This document shows, one piece after another, positions 1-18,019 of a stretch of DNA of 49,387 nucleotides. Made by a program: the position numbers and the translations under genes. The number at the start of each line of letters is the position of its first letter. The stretch's first letter is position 1. This stretch comes from Acanthaster planci (Eukaryota). Location: the NCBI RefSeq assembly GCF_001949145.1, contig NW_019091357.1:2101704-2151090 (forward strand). Reading direction: 5' to 3'. Under the pieces are notes generated by a model. That model saw nothing but the letters and a program-made list of their open reading frames with translations, did no database searches and was not told the origin of the DNA.

Positions 1-704
1 AATCTTGTTTCTTAAATCAAGGTCTTGAATTTCTGTCATAGCTCTTGAACTGGACTCAATGCACGAACAAGACGGAGTGCACTTGTTAGCCAGTGTACGT
101 GTGGCGTACCGAGTACGTACAAGTAAACACAAGAGCATAATGCGCCTGACTCACAATACAGATGTTGGTAGTCCAAATCGTACATAAAACCACAGCGACA
201 TAGAAGATAATTCTCCGTTGGAGATGCCGCCAAACGGTCGTCACTTTGCAATGCAATGCAAGTAGCTAATGGATGTTATATCCTTCGTGACAAAAAATGA
301 ATATAATTTTGAACTGTTACATTCAGATGATAGGATTTAATAATCAGGGATGTCAGTTGAGTTCCTGGCTAGAACCTGACAATAACGTCAGAGGAGCTCA
401 AGTGTACCTCAAGGCCTGAAATAACACTGGTGTTTGGAAAAGTCTGAAATCAGGCTTTGGCCAGAAACACTGGCATCCATGCATGTTAAAGTACCCTTAA
501 TCAGGACAAATACATGTATCTCCACTCTTTAGAGAACTGACAAATTTGCTAGGCTTAGACTCACACTCGCTTTACAATTAACTTGGAAATACCCTGCCAT
601 TATGTATCCCTGGCTACTCCTGCCAACAATGTATCTTATTTTTTATAAAACTCTGCAGTAGAACATCAAAGCCTTTGAACTTGACTTTCAAAGGCAAATA
701 CAAC

Positions 705-1163
705 TAGAGCTGAATCAATTTGATGGAATATCAAATTATTCGGTCATACCAACTGGCAGATTGTTATAAAAAATCAGCTGCAATAACGCACACAATTTTA
801 CATTATAATCACTATAATAGCTCCTTACACCTGGAACAATACTTCTTGCCCTGTCGACATTTTATTCCTTTTAAATTTTTTTAACCTTAACCCCCAAGGG
901 TGTATGTAAAATTGAATTGAAATTGGAGGATTTGGGACTGTTAGGGTTAGTGAATTATTTATTTTAGAATCACTGTAAGATTTCTGTTGCTTTTCATTTG
1001 AATCTGCTTGAAACAAGCCTCCATAGTGCAATTTTTCTCATTTTAAACAAAAGAAAATTCGCCGTTCCTCTTCATGAATTTTGCATTTGAATATTTAAAT
1101 TCAGAAAAGATCATTGGAACATTTGATAATCAATTGAATATTTGGATATCCTGCACAGCCCTA
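705..1163 (-). mobile_element. Non-autonomous hAT-like MITE, copy 1 (inverted relative to the copy at 47401-47891)
   Basis: Ends TAGAGCTG...CAGCCCTA, flanked by a near-perfect 8-bp direct repeat AATACAAC (697-704)/AATACAGC (1164-1171). Internal sequence such as CATTATAATCACTATAATAGCT and AACAATACTTCTTGCCCTGT is the reverse complement of sequence in 47401-47891. No ORF. Confidence 0.8.
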
Positions 1164-2028
1164 AATACAGCCATGGCTGAGAAATTAATGATCTACAAAT
1201 AGTGAAACTGGACTTCAAACCTAAATATACACGGATAACCATGTAGACGGTAAACGCAATGCAAAATACACATAGATCAAGTGATTGTGTGAGCTTCAGT
1301 TCAAAGCTCACTTCTGTTTTGAATACATGTTTGTCTTCTTGTTCAAACATGGACGGAAAAAAGTGCCATACAGATAAATACGACAAATCATGTTGAGAAT
1401 GCTTTATGAAACCTTTGCAGAGAGAAACAGAAAACAGAGTTTTCAGAAAGAACAGGAACATGAGTGTCCAGTTTGAATTCATCTGCCACCGACAAACAGT
1501 TTAACAGGATAGCCTTTTAAAACTTCATGGTGTTTCTTTTCCGTACTTGGGAATTCCATCTGTTGTATTTTACATGTACAATAGAGTGTCGATTTTAAAA
1601 CCTTATTTTATATTGAAAACCTGATTTTGTGCTCGTATCATGAAAGCAAGATAATTTTATTCAAGGATTTTCACTCTTTTGAGAAAGCATAAATAAATAT
1701 AAGCACACGTCAGCAAAATGCACTGCAGAAAATTTGTGGGTTTTTTCCTTTTGCCAAGTGGGGGATTTTCTTTGCTAAGTCAATTTTGAGCATTTGCAAA
1801 AAACAACAGAGAAAAAATATCCTTTCAGCTGCAGCAAAAGACTGGCTGTAAAATCTGAAAGATTTCAATTCAACGAAATTTCTCTCACTGACACATCAAT
1901 GCACACCGGTTTGGACAAGATAATTTAACGCCTGTGTATTGAGAAAGCCCACTTCCATAAAAGCCCACTTCCGGTTTTCCCTCTTCAAAAGAGTTTTCAG
2001 AGAAAGAGATAAAGTACACTGCACGCAC

Positions 2029-6982
<4,954 letters not shown>

Positions 6983-7079
6983 GTCGTCGGTGATTATGCG
7001 AGTAAAATTTAAGAAAACAAACGTGGACCTCGGTGATGGCGTTCAAGTTCGAATACGGAAACGACACCCACTAACGATA

Positions 7080-7170
7080 TCACCGTATGTCCAATTGACC
7101 CGGAAGCAAACGTGACAGACCGGCGTAAACCCGGAAATGAGTAAATCGCCTCGTACTACTTCTCTTGCCG
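7080..7170 (-). promoter_or_regulatory. Putative SMAP promoter
   Basis: CpG-rich stretch 100-190 nt upstream of the ATG with two ETS-type CCGGAA(G/A) motifs (near 7101 and 7131) and no TATA box. Confidence 0.45.
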
Positions 7171-8329
7171 TCGGCAGAAATTTTGCTGCAAAAATGAAAT
7201 TTTGTCATGATTTTGACTAAATGATCATTGATGTCTATTTTTATCCCCTTTTTATCAGTCCAGATTGTGTTCTGTGTTATCTGAAATGGGTCCGTTTTCG
7301 TTTTGCCACAAGCAAAAGCATTCCGCGACGTGACCTTTGGACCAAATGATGTCATTAAATTTTTAATGAGGTACAGGTGCCATGAATGGACGTGCATGTA
7401 CATGTACTTGGCCGGGTACGGCTTGAAATTATGCCCGAGTCTGCGGTTATTGCAGACGTATGGCTGCAAACACTTCCCTTAGATCTTGCACACGACCAAT
7501 TAGATTTGACAGAGGGCGGTGCCAGGAACGTAAATGGGGATTTTTCCATTTTTAGTATTGCAAGGTTTTCAATCCCCATTACGAAGTGAACTTAAAAGGG
7601 GTGGGAATTTGTGAGAAACGCCAAATTCTTTGGTTTGCTGGTCGAAGCCTCAGAATATTTAATTCTTTTCCTCTGAAATTCTGTCGTAGCCGTTAGTGAA
7701 GTTTCATCTCAACCATAAAACTTAAAAAGGCCATTTAATTCAAACATTCATCATTTAACAAAGGTAAACACCCAAAATCAAGATGCATACTTCTTTACAT
7801 TTATTTACACATTCCCCACGAATTATATACAATGTGTGCAATTTTAATGATCAATTATTGACCAAAATGTGTCCACAAGAAATCCTAAATATGATAAAAG
7901 TTACCATGTGTTCCTACATGCACTTGTGTGTTTCATGTATAATGTGCTCTCTCATCAACACTTCAGTTTTCAACAAAAGACGATATCCGAGTTCCAAAAT
8001 GCCATTTGTCAGGCACTTTGTGAAGCCAGATTACACTCCCTCAAAAATGGGAAAATAGTCAAGTGGTTTGGAATTATGAACTTAATATTGGTACATAGTC
8101 TGAAGCCTATAAATACAAATGTATGTACAGAACCAAAAACAGTCCAGACTCAAAAAAAGAGGTTGGTTGAACCCCAACTGGATATTTTCCTATGTTAAAA
8201 AAACACCTGTTGCTAACAATGGTTAATCTTTAAGCAAACCAAGATATCCACACAACATGGTGCTCATTGATGGCGGACCGAATGAAATCTGTAATTGTGG
8301 TAAGATTTAATATCTTTGGAGTGATCTGT

Positions 8330-11300
8330 CTACTTTGACATTGCGTAGTACGGGTTATAGGTCACCCAGTGTCCTTTCTCGACGTCCTTCTGATCTTTGG
8401 GTAAGAAGAGGGACTTGTACACGGCACTCTTTTTATGATCAAAGGGTGTGTCTGCATTGCCATTGGTTGATTTCAACGACGGCCCACTGCCATTGGACAA
8501 TTTGCCGGATCCTGCCTTTGCCCCACTGGCCAGTTTGGAGGACGATCCCGCCGTCCCAGTGGCCAATCTGGATGATGCTGCCTGGCCATTGGTCAGTTTG
8601 GATGGCACTTCTGCTGTTCCATTGGTCAGTTTGGATGATGCTGCATGGCCATTGGCCGATTTCTCTGGGTCAGTTCTGACTTGTTTGGATGAGGATGGTT
8701 GCTCGTCTGTGTTGGATGAGGTTGCAGTGCACGGAGCGTCTGACTTTCTCTTCTGTGCTTTTTTTGCTTTCTAAAAAGAAAGAAAAAGCATGTAGACTGA
8801 TATTCACTGTCATGTTCATCACTACAAACAGTTTTCATTTTCTGTTCAACATTGAGATTAAAGGTTTTTCCCCAAAATCGTGACCTCATTTTGATTTAAA
8901 CAGTGAATGTTTGAAACCAATAACTGAGCTCAGGAAAGCAACCGATACAAGATAAATCTGACTTTGTTCCCAGCTCCCCAATCTCCTCACCTTCTCAGCC
9001 TTGGCTCTGGCCCTTTTGTCTTCCATCTTGGCTCGCAGGTCACCGATCTCTTCGGCAGTGCCGTTAATGACAACTGCATCCTCCGCATCGTAGGCAGCAC
9101 CACACTGGACGAGAGAGAAGGAAATAAATGAGAACAGAGCTCCACAGTGACAGCATTTTGAAAACTGAGTGTGCTCTCATTGAAAATACTGACTGGAATT
9201 GTCAGGAAAACGAAAGCACATTCTTTGCACTTAAAACTTTTAGAGAGCATCAAACCCTACCTAAAGTAACAAAATCCTTTAAGATCTCCTGAATAATTTG
9301 GACTTTAGGGTGTTCAGATTGGTTACACTTCAAGTTTCAAATGGTATCCAGGCTGCAGTCTTCTCGTATCTTTCCTCTCTGCAACCCGAACTCCCGCCTC
9401 CTCCAAAAAAATCTGCAGATACTTTTGCATCGTTACCTTGTGACAAACATCAGACTTGACCTCCTTCAGGGCTTTTTCTGACAAGACGCAGCCGCAATCC
9501 CACAGAAAGCAGAACCTGTCAGATACAGTGTAATATTCAACCATTTCTTAGCACAGGAGACAGGCAACTCCTTTCTCTTTGCAAAAAAAGTAAAGATACC
9601 TTGCCTTAAAAATCACAAACCAAAGAAAATCTTCGGTTCCTAACCGACATTGATAATGAAATGATTTATTAATTGCAAAGATACATCTTCCAATCTTACC
9701 AGAGCAATAGCACTTACGTTGTAAAAGACCTTTAACACACACATATAAATGACAAAATAGTTACGAATGGTGTAGCCCAGCAAATAATGTGGCCTTTTAA
9801 TTGCTCAATATTTGTTATTAAAGTCATGAATGGAAACAAATATTCTCAAGGCTCAACTTACAATGAAACTATACGATGTTAAATTCGAAGGAGCAATTAT
9901 ACAAAGACAATGAAGCCATGGTGGGAATGATTTCTGAGGAGAGATTATTTTCTTACTTGTAGTGACCATTCATTTGCAATCCTGTCACCGGGCAGATATA
10001 CTGTGAGATGCTGTTGTCAAGGTCTTCCTTCTGTTTTCCCTTTTTCTCGAAGGCAGGGTTTGGAGTCAAGTTCAGCTCTTTCACATCCTGAGCAGGAAAA
10101 ACAAAAGTCCAAACACAGAAAACACTTCGGTGAAGCTCAGGGCATCAAAACTTTAAGGATAACGCAGTGGAAACCCTGGGCATATCGTACCTTAAGACCC
10201 CGGATGTGTTTTGCCGAGTCACATGTTGATTTATCGAGAAGGTATTCAAGCAAGGATTCCTTGTTGTACAATCTGTAAAGGAGAGTTTAGGAAAAAGAAG
10301 TTAGAAATGTCCAACAGGAAACTAACGGGTAAAAGGGTGTCCGTTAGAAGGGACCATTTAATTATCCTTCAACTTTTTGCATTTGTTTGAAGCTCTGTAT
10401 GCCGTTTAGGATACTGTTCAGGAGTTCTGAGTTTTAGCAGCTGAACCGAACTAAGATGGGGCCAGAGAATGGAGGTAGGAGGGGCTGGGGGGAGGGAGGT
10501 TGTGTGGATAGGCCTACCTTCCGAGTTCACAAGCCATGATTGGCTGTCGAAGGCCTTCCTGGCTAATCGCACAGTGCAACCATTTTGCCATCCGTTCCAT
10601 GTTTTTATCCACCTGTGGGAAAGGTCAAGTATATAGCCATGTCAGCCGAAAGGTAACATCTCAGTGATGCAACCTGTTTCAAGTTACTCGGACTGACATT
10701 TATGCCCATGGCATGGGGATGCATGAGGCCTAAGCTGACCGGAATGACCGGAAGGCAGGATGGCAATTGAAGACTCGCCTGATCATGGAGGTAGAAATAG
10801 ATCATTAGATATTCAAATGTTAAAAAGCCTACGGGGTGGGGTCCGACGTCCGCCCCTCTCCATGTCGGACCCCACAGTTCTGGGGGTAAAAAAAAACCTT
10901 AGGAGATGTGGGAACTAACATTAGAAAAGAGCCTTTCTTGGACATGTTGGACTATAACTTAGGAATGGTAAGACAACCTGATTTCGTAAAAAACACGTTA
11001 GCGGTTAGGCCATACCATAGCCCCACAAATAGGGCCGCTTTGACTTCCGACGCACGAAGAACTGCCTTCGTTTTTCAAAATGGTGTCACCCGTGGTCAGC
11101 ATGTAATACTACAGTACAGGCCGGGTTTTTCAAGGTACCATACACCGGAAAATTTACGGTTTTGGAAAGCTTTAGGGTGCTTGTATGAAAGTCCAAACTC
11201 TGAAGAATATGCCGGTGTAAGTAAAATTCTTGAGTCATTCTCATTTCAGAAGATATTAGGATTCACAGTTTGTGACAATCCTGCAGTTTGGATTTCAGGT

Positions 11301-11537
11301 ATTTAAGACATGCCTTGAAGTAGGGCTGCGGTGGCAACAGATAAGAGACAGATTGTGAAAGAAAGACACCACAGGGCTAGCCATACATGCCATAGATAGA
11401 GCAAGGCCTACCCGCTACGCCTAGACATGCTAGGCCTACCGATTGAATTTAAACCCTAGGCCCCCTACCTGTTCTGGTTTTTTCTTCAATCTCACGAGTT
11501 CATCTCGTCTTGGGATCGTTCCTCCATCACATCCCAT
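8330..11537 (-). CDS. RTF2: Replication termination factor 2 (RTF2/C20orf43), 336 aa
   Basis: Exons 11537-11469, 10612-10518, 10272-10191, 10087-9957, 9515-9437, 9104-8991, 8770-8330, all GT-AG and in phase (1011 nt). Diagnostic N-terminus MGCDGGTIPRRDELV, then W.HCAISQE.LRQPIMACELGRLYNKE, YICPVTGLQMNG, WDCGCVLSEKALKEV, CHKCG, and the C-terminal YKSLF...HWVTYNPYY. AATAAA on the minus strand at 7805-7800. Confidence 0.96.
8456..8663 (-). repeat. Coding tandem repeat (7 units of 10-11 aa) in the RTF2 last exon
   Basis: KSANGHAASS / KLTNGTAEVPS / KLTNGQAASS / RLATGTAGSSS / KLASGAKAGSG / KLSNGSGPSL / KSTNGNA. Visible in DNA as recurring CCATTGGTCAGTTTGGATG-like units. Confidence 0.85.
10836..10885. 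repeat. Palindromic element, copy in RTF2 intron 1
   Basis: GTGGGGTCCGAC-(16 nt)-GTCGGACCCCACAGTTCTGGGG; the same arms occur at 37338-37381. Confidence 0.7.
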
Positions 11538-13884
11538 AACTTTTGATGGACGTTACTGACAAATACGAAGTAAAACCAGGAAATAAACACACGAAATGGT
11601 GTAAAATATTTCAATATCTGTAGAAGTTGCGTCAGATATGCAGTATGAGAGCAATAGAACAGCGCCATCATCAGATCGTCAATCATTGTCAATTTCATAA
11701 AGAGGGCGCTATTCAAAAACTACACTCATGATAATGTATGTGGGATAAATGTAGACATCGATGTGTACACCACTGAAGAGAGAACAGAGAAATTCATTAA
11801 AATTCACACGAGCAAAAAAAATCCTCGTTTATGTGTCTGTGGATATACCCACAGATGCTTTGACGCTGCGAAACAGTACACCTTAGTTTAGTTTTTAATA
11901 GTTCCCTCTTTTTGAAAATAAAAACATTCCCGTCTCGTTAATATAAATTATTATCAATATTTTGCGTCACCTCACCCTGTCCTTTCTGTATTTTTCAATG
12001 TCAGTGCTTCGAATCTGTCTTCGGGATTACAAATGAGCAAATTTGAATCCAAATAAAACCCAAACCATCCCAACTCTACCCACCCTTACCCAACCCTGCT
12101 ACCTCTCCAGAAACTCTCTTTGGCATTTTGTTCACTTTTTTGTTCTCTCGACTAGACATTTCCCAAGAACGTTCTACGAATCGATATTTAAAAATTGCTC
12201 AAAAGATTTCTGTGGTATTGCTTCGTGTTTTTTGTGGTGATTCTTCTAGAAATTCTTAATTAAAGCTAAAACCATAAAATGGGTCGCAATGGATAATAAA
12301 TTATGACTCATTCAAGTCGAGTAAGAGGAGAACAGTAATTTTTTCCATTCATCCTCTGTTTACGCTTCTTTGTCTAGTGGACGGTAGTGCAAAGGAGAAC
12401 GAAAAATATGATAAATGTTTATTTGGTTTTAATTACCTGCTAATTCTTTGTGAAACCAGGTGTATAAAATACAATTCCGTCCATAACTATTGTTGCTACA
12501 CATTGCTCCCTGTCAACTAATACTTGTCTTGTCTCCTTGTAGATACCGTCTTGTTCTGTGGAGTCACTCATCGCAGACGACGTCTGTTTCCCGCGGTCGC
12601 AAGGAATAACAAGAGCGTGGAATTGAGGATGGGAATGCATGCTGGAAAATGTGACGAATGATAGCGCGTAGTGGGACTTTACGTTCGGCCAGAATTAAAC
12701 GGAGGGTGTAATCGTTAATGTAAAACTGATTGGCCGCGTGAGAAGAGTGTAACGAAGGTGACATTTTAACACCAGGATGAAATCCTACAGGTAAGTCGGT
12801 CTTTCTCTTGAGCCTTTGTTCTTGAATCTCTGGTTACCTCTGTTCCACCACTTTGCCTGTGCTTTGTGGTTCCACTGTTGTTGAAGAGCGAATGTAGTCA
12901 CTGGACATTACCGGTCGCATGCACTGTGCGTGCAGGCGACCATTTTATGCGAGCCATGTTGAGTGCTCTGGGCTTGAAGATGAACGATCAGCGGCAGTGC
13001 GGTATTTGTAGTATTGCGCTACAGGAGGGCATGCATGGATAAGCTGGGTGTGGCTGTTGGAGGAGGCGTGACCTCACAATATCCGAGGGGATGCTGTTGT
13101 GTTGCTTTATGCTTGACTGTCGACTACATGTACTGAGAACTAAAGACGAACGTTTGGTACTTTTAATAACGAATAACCGTTTTCAGGAGTCCACGAAAGA
13201 TCGATTAATTCACCGATTTTTTATGTTCTCGAGAAATGGCTTACGGTAAGCACAACAAAATTAATGAAGCTTTATTCAATTTTTGAAATTTTGAATTTAT
13301 GGTAGTCTTGATAAAACAAGACAGAATGTTACTGCTTAAAATATGAACCACTACGGGAGCAAAATGTTTTGGAGCTGTTGATGCATGCAGTAAGAACACA
13401 AGAAATGCCGGCATCGAAACTGGAACACTGACATCATGATTTGATGAGATGGCAACGCCATTTTCATCACAGCCTTAATTTTCTTTTATAATGCATGAGT
13501 CACCGGTGTGTTTACATCGAGGCCGAGTCTTTTATAGCGACGCGTGCACTCCGGAGGAAGCTAATTCTCGCTTTAAAATGTTCACCGATCACTCCTTCCA
13601 ACGTTACATGCCTGGCTTCTTCAGCGCCATTCAACATCGATTGATGTTGGCCTGTTGCCTAGGTAACCTTAAGTGCTCATCACACTGAAGATAAATACTC
13701 TACCATAGCAGAGAATTCGCTTAAATTAATCTCAGCATAACGTAACTATGTTAGAATTCAATTTAATTTCATTCATGTTGAATTACTGACTTACATGCGT
13801 CGTGCATGTACATGGCACTGTATGACATTAATTTTCAAGGTCATTTCTCCATAATTTAATACATGATTAAATTCTAATGTTTAT

Positions 13885-14274
13885 CCCTCAAAGAGACGGG
13901 CATTTTGGCCTTGTCACAGCCGGGGGGCTAGATCTCGGCCATACGATGATGTATTTCAATGAAATTTGGCAGTGTCATAGAGGCATCCATACTTATCATC
14001 TGTGTGAAATTTCATGTAAATTAATTAAGTCTTTGCATAATTATGACTAATTAATTATTCATGGTAGGATACCACTCTGTCCTATGTACGGTGTATTGCT
14101 GTGTACCCAGTCATGGTAAATTTCACATCTCGCTTCACCCAGCATTCTAAAATTCGTCGCTGAGAGAGAACGCCACGCCTGATTTTCATAAATTTGGGGT
14201 CAAAATGAAGCTAGAGAGATGCTTGAAGAAAAAATAAACCGGGGGGCGGATTCCGCCCCCCGCCTCTTTGAGGG
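13885..14274. mobile_element. piggyBac-like non-autonomous element
   Basis: TIRs CCCTCAAAGAGACGGG / CCCGCCTCTTTGAGGG flanked by TTAT (left) and TTAA (right), with a subterminal palindrome GGGGGGCGGATTCCGCCCCCC. No ORF. Superfamily assignment rests on the TTAA flank and CCCT ends only. Confidence 0.65.
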
Positions 14275-15759
14275 TTAAAAGCTGCACTCATAATTTTCAA
14301 TGAAGGACTGATAACCGCATGAAATTGAAATTCCCTGTTTTGTCTCCAAACCAAGGGAGCCAGCATTTTTTTCCAGGGGGAACCACTTTTTCCGACGGAA
14401 AAGCACTCACACCCTATAAATGGAAAAAGCTTGAGGGGGTGAATTGTATAGGGTTTAGTTTTCAAGCAAATTGGTGGTATTCACCCGCTTTCATCTCTTC
14501 TTTCCTTTTTTCGATGTCCCCCTCATATAATTCCTTTTCGTTTTTTGGGGGGGGCGCCCCCTTGCCCCTCACCTCACGACGCCAATGTCCATAACCACAC
14601 CCTTCTCGCACCCGTGTTCGTCAATTTATAAGGTTAACAATTAAAGTAGGCAGATACTTGAAGAATCGGACGTGCTGGCGTTAGAGTGCTCATTTGAAAA
14701 CATGGATGCCCTGCGGTCGCTGTGAAATTTGAAACAGTGTGAAGACCATTTCTGAAGGCAAATTGCGTCGATATTCTGCCGATCAGTCACTAGCTCGGAG
14801 TTTTTCCCGGGGGCTGTGATCTTGTTAGACCTTCAGCTTGTCTCGCTGCAGTACGCCGCTCGCTATAATAACACGCGCCCTGGCTACCCTGACTCACGGT
14901 TAATTGTAATATTTTGCGCCAAGCTCTGGCCAGTTCCTTGATACCCTCTTCTCTTCGCTGTTTTGCTCCGGTTATGTACTTAAGGCTGAGTCACGGGGTA
15001 TCTGTTGCCATGGATACCGGTGTGAGGGGCCGATAATGGGGGACATACCCGGGGGACGAATTTAGTGAGCCGGCCCGTGGTGTGAAACCTTGGAGATCCC
15101 GTGGATGAGATTGACCAGAAAATATAGAAAGTGGTTGAAAGCGGCCATTAAGTCGCACGGGCTCATTTTGCTGGTGTTGTAATTATAAATAATCATGCTG
15201 TGGATGAAGGCGAGAATATTGTTTGCATTACATTGTATTTCCCATTCGAGAGCGCGCTGCATGCAATGCTTTGGTTTACGGAAGGCGTGAGCTTGCCACG
15301 CAGGACAGAGTACAGTGGAAAGACATGGTTGAAGTTAATTTGAGAGGACGGCTCGTTTTGCACAGTCCTAAACATCGGTGAGATCAAAACTCCCCGCACT
15401 TGATATTCGCACGTGGGCAGAAATGGCCGCAGTGAACAAGCTGTTTAATATGTGGACACGTAACTACAACATGCCCTTTCGCAGAACTATACGCGTACAA
15501 GAGACAACAACCGTTGAGGCCGTTACCAGACATCGCCTTTAATACTATAAATCATTCTCATTATCGTAATCATCATCGCAGTCATCATAATTAATGTGTT
15601 TTTAATTTGATTTTCTTGTGTTTAGAGGGTAGCCAAATCAGTTCTTGATAACGGCATTTTGAGGAACCCTCACTACATACCAAATTACACTAAAATATTG
15701 CAATGGATATTCGTATTTCGCTAATTACCAGCGCGATGGTGGCACATGGTTGTACAAAC

Positions 15760-15955
15760 TTTAACACCGCTGGTGTTACTTTGCACACCTTCAAGTGTTA
15801 CCATGCACTGGAGGGTGTTAAAAGTAACACCAAATAACACCAAAATTTTGACACCAGTGAAAAGTGTTGATGTAGTCCTCTGATAACACCGGGGGTGTCA
15901 ACTATAACTTGTTTAGTACTATTTGTAGGGTGTTTTCGTCATGATTTTGACACCT
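15760..15955. repeat. ACACC/GGTGT-rich degenerate repeat, probably a MITE remnant
   Basis: About ten short AACACC/GGTGTT-type motifs in both orientations within 200 bp; ends not resolved. Confidence 0.4.
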
Positions 15956-17913
15956 TGGTCATTGGAAGGAGAGGAAAACAAGGAGGAACTTCTAGTCTAG
16001 CCTTTGCCAGGAGTTCCTTCTCGTCTCCACCCTACCGAGGCTAGGAGCCCCCCCCCCATGCAAGCGGTGCCGCTACACTCAATACTCTTGGCAAAAGTTA
16101 GCTGGTGATTTGCACGAAATGTTCTAAATCAAAACATGTAAAAGAATAAACAAACAGTTTAGTATCTTTAAGCTGACGGGAAAGTCATCAGCCTCTCCTG
16201 GCCATGCTAGCTCCTCTGAGAATCGGGACACTTTTAGGGTCAGTTTTCTTCTGTTTTAATCGTCTGGTAAAGAAAAACAGAGGGAAGATAAGGCAAAAAC
16301 AGGGGAAAAAAACCCACTTTTTAACAAGCTACGGTCAAAAATGCCGCAAGTTTCGTCACGGGACAAACAAGTGAAAAAGGCTCATGACTTATTGTGATGT
16401 GCCCGGGGCCACTGAAAAACGCTTCAACGAATCTAAAAAGCTCTTCAGTTCTCTTGGTTGGCACAGATCAACCCCCCCGAAAAAATATATAATATAGTTC
16501 TAAGAAAGCACGATAATATATGGAATTAATTTCTTCATTCCTTGAAGCCGTAATCACTCGGGAAAACCTAGCTCGACAGGCAAGCGACCGACTCACGACC
16601 CTCGACTCTCGATTCCAACGGGACTTCATGGAGTACGTTTTCGTATCTTGACATGTTTTGTTCCACTGGCTGCATACGCAAGAGATCGGTTCCCGACTGG
16701 CTTGAATAGACATGATCAGACATGCGATCCATCATAATCCACACCTCCAATAAACGACGACGGAAAGAATGGAATTATTAAAGCCTGTAGTTAAAAACTG
16801 AAAAAAATGCTATCATTTACAAAGGCAGATCCAGGCTTGGCTGTGGAGGCTAAATGTTGATTGAGCAGATGTTAATTATTATTTTTGCACTACACGGGGG
16901 GTTGGGGGCTAACCCCTTGAATGTCTGTAGATCCGACAGGTGTCACAATAATGATAAAACATCCAATGTGAGTTGGGCTCACTTTTGAGAGGTGCAAACC
17001 ACTTTTTCCGTGGAGGGGGAATGTCTTGGGGGCAAGCAGGGGTCAATGTTGAGGTTTTGTTCAAGTAAGTTGTGGGTTTTCGTCCTCTTTCATCCCCCCT
17101 CCCTCAAAAAATACTCCCGCCTTCTTTTCCATTTTTTTCTTTTTCAATTTTATTCCGGTTATTCCGGAGGAGGTGAACTTCTCCCCGCGATATCCGTGGC
17201 TCAAGTATTGAAAGAGCCGAACAGATCTTATTCGTCGTGGCAACTGTTTTAGAGATTTGCGTCTTTGTTCCGCGGGAAAAAATACTCCAGCAGATATGTT
17301 GTGTGTTCGGTTGCATGTTGCAAGACGAGTGTTACCACTCGAAATGATGGGATCGATACATACAGACCATGCCTGTAACATCGCGTCGCCAACTGCTAAA
17401 TGTCAGACGGCGAATTTATGCATGCCAGATTCCTCACGCTTGAAGGCATTGCACGTTACACCATTCGTCAATCGGCTCCTTTGCGATATGTATGATCATG
17501 GAGGAAGGAAGGAAGGAAGGAACAGACGACTGACAAACAGCTTGATTGAAGACTAGCTTTATACGCACGACAACACGGGCAATTACCCTGTTTGTAGGCT
17601 GTGTTTGCAAATGAAATGGCTGAAGACGGGAATAACATGCCTCTCTGGCATTGGGAAGTGGCTCTGTACAGCCGGTATAACTCAGCGGCTTTCTGGAAAC
17701 ACATGTCATTTGCACCCGCAGCCGTCGCCCCTAGCCGCACAAGGCGCGGCTGTGTGGCCTACTACGTATGACGTCACGGCCGCCATATCTTGCAGAAAAC
17801 CCATGCATGGCGAGAGAGGACCTTTCTTCCATGGTCCACGAGAGAACATTGATTTATGCTAGAAGAGTGAAATGATTGCGGTTGCACCATGTATCAATCT
17901 CTTTTTTTTGTGT

Positions 17914-18019
17914 GTGGTTCTGAGAAGAACCGGGGAATAACTCGACGTTTCGAACAGTGTACTCTGCCCGTCTTTTACTCTTCTAGCTTCTTTCACCATG
18001 AAAACCTTCAAGTCTTATG
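17914..18019 (-). mobile_element. Penelope-like/retrozyme terminal remnant with a degenerate hammerhead-like motif
   Basis: Minus strand reads TAAAAGA-C-GGGCAG-AGTACA-CTGTTC-GAAAC-GTCGAG: stem II and the GAAA box of a minimal hammerhead, with the CUGANGA core decayed to TAAAAGA. Confidence 0.45.

Noticed and set aside
1885..2028. Read-through C-terminus of SMAP (VRAVYFISF...LMCQ)
   Set aside because: A good donor (CAG|GTGCGT) sits at 2028 and the extension has no SMAP-like character; the true last exon is probably outside the window.
11655..11715. CTCF insulators bracketing the cluster (AGAGGGCGCT near 11701; AGCGCCCTC near 36503)
   Set aside because: Only the 3' half of the motif matches and similar half-sites occur elsewhere; cannot be supported without matrix scoring or ChIP.
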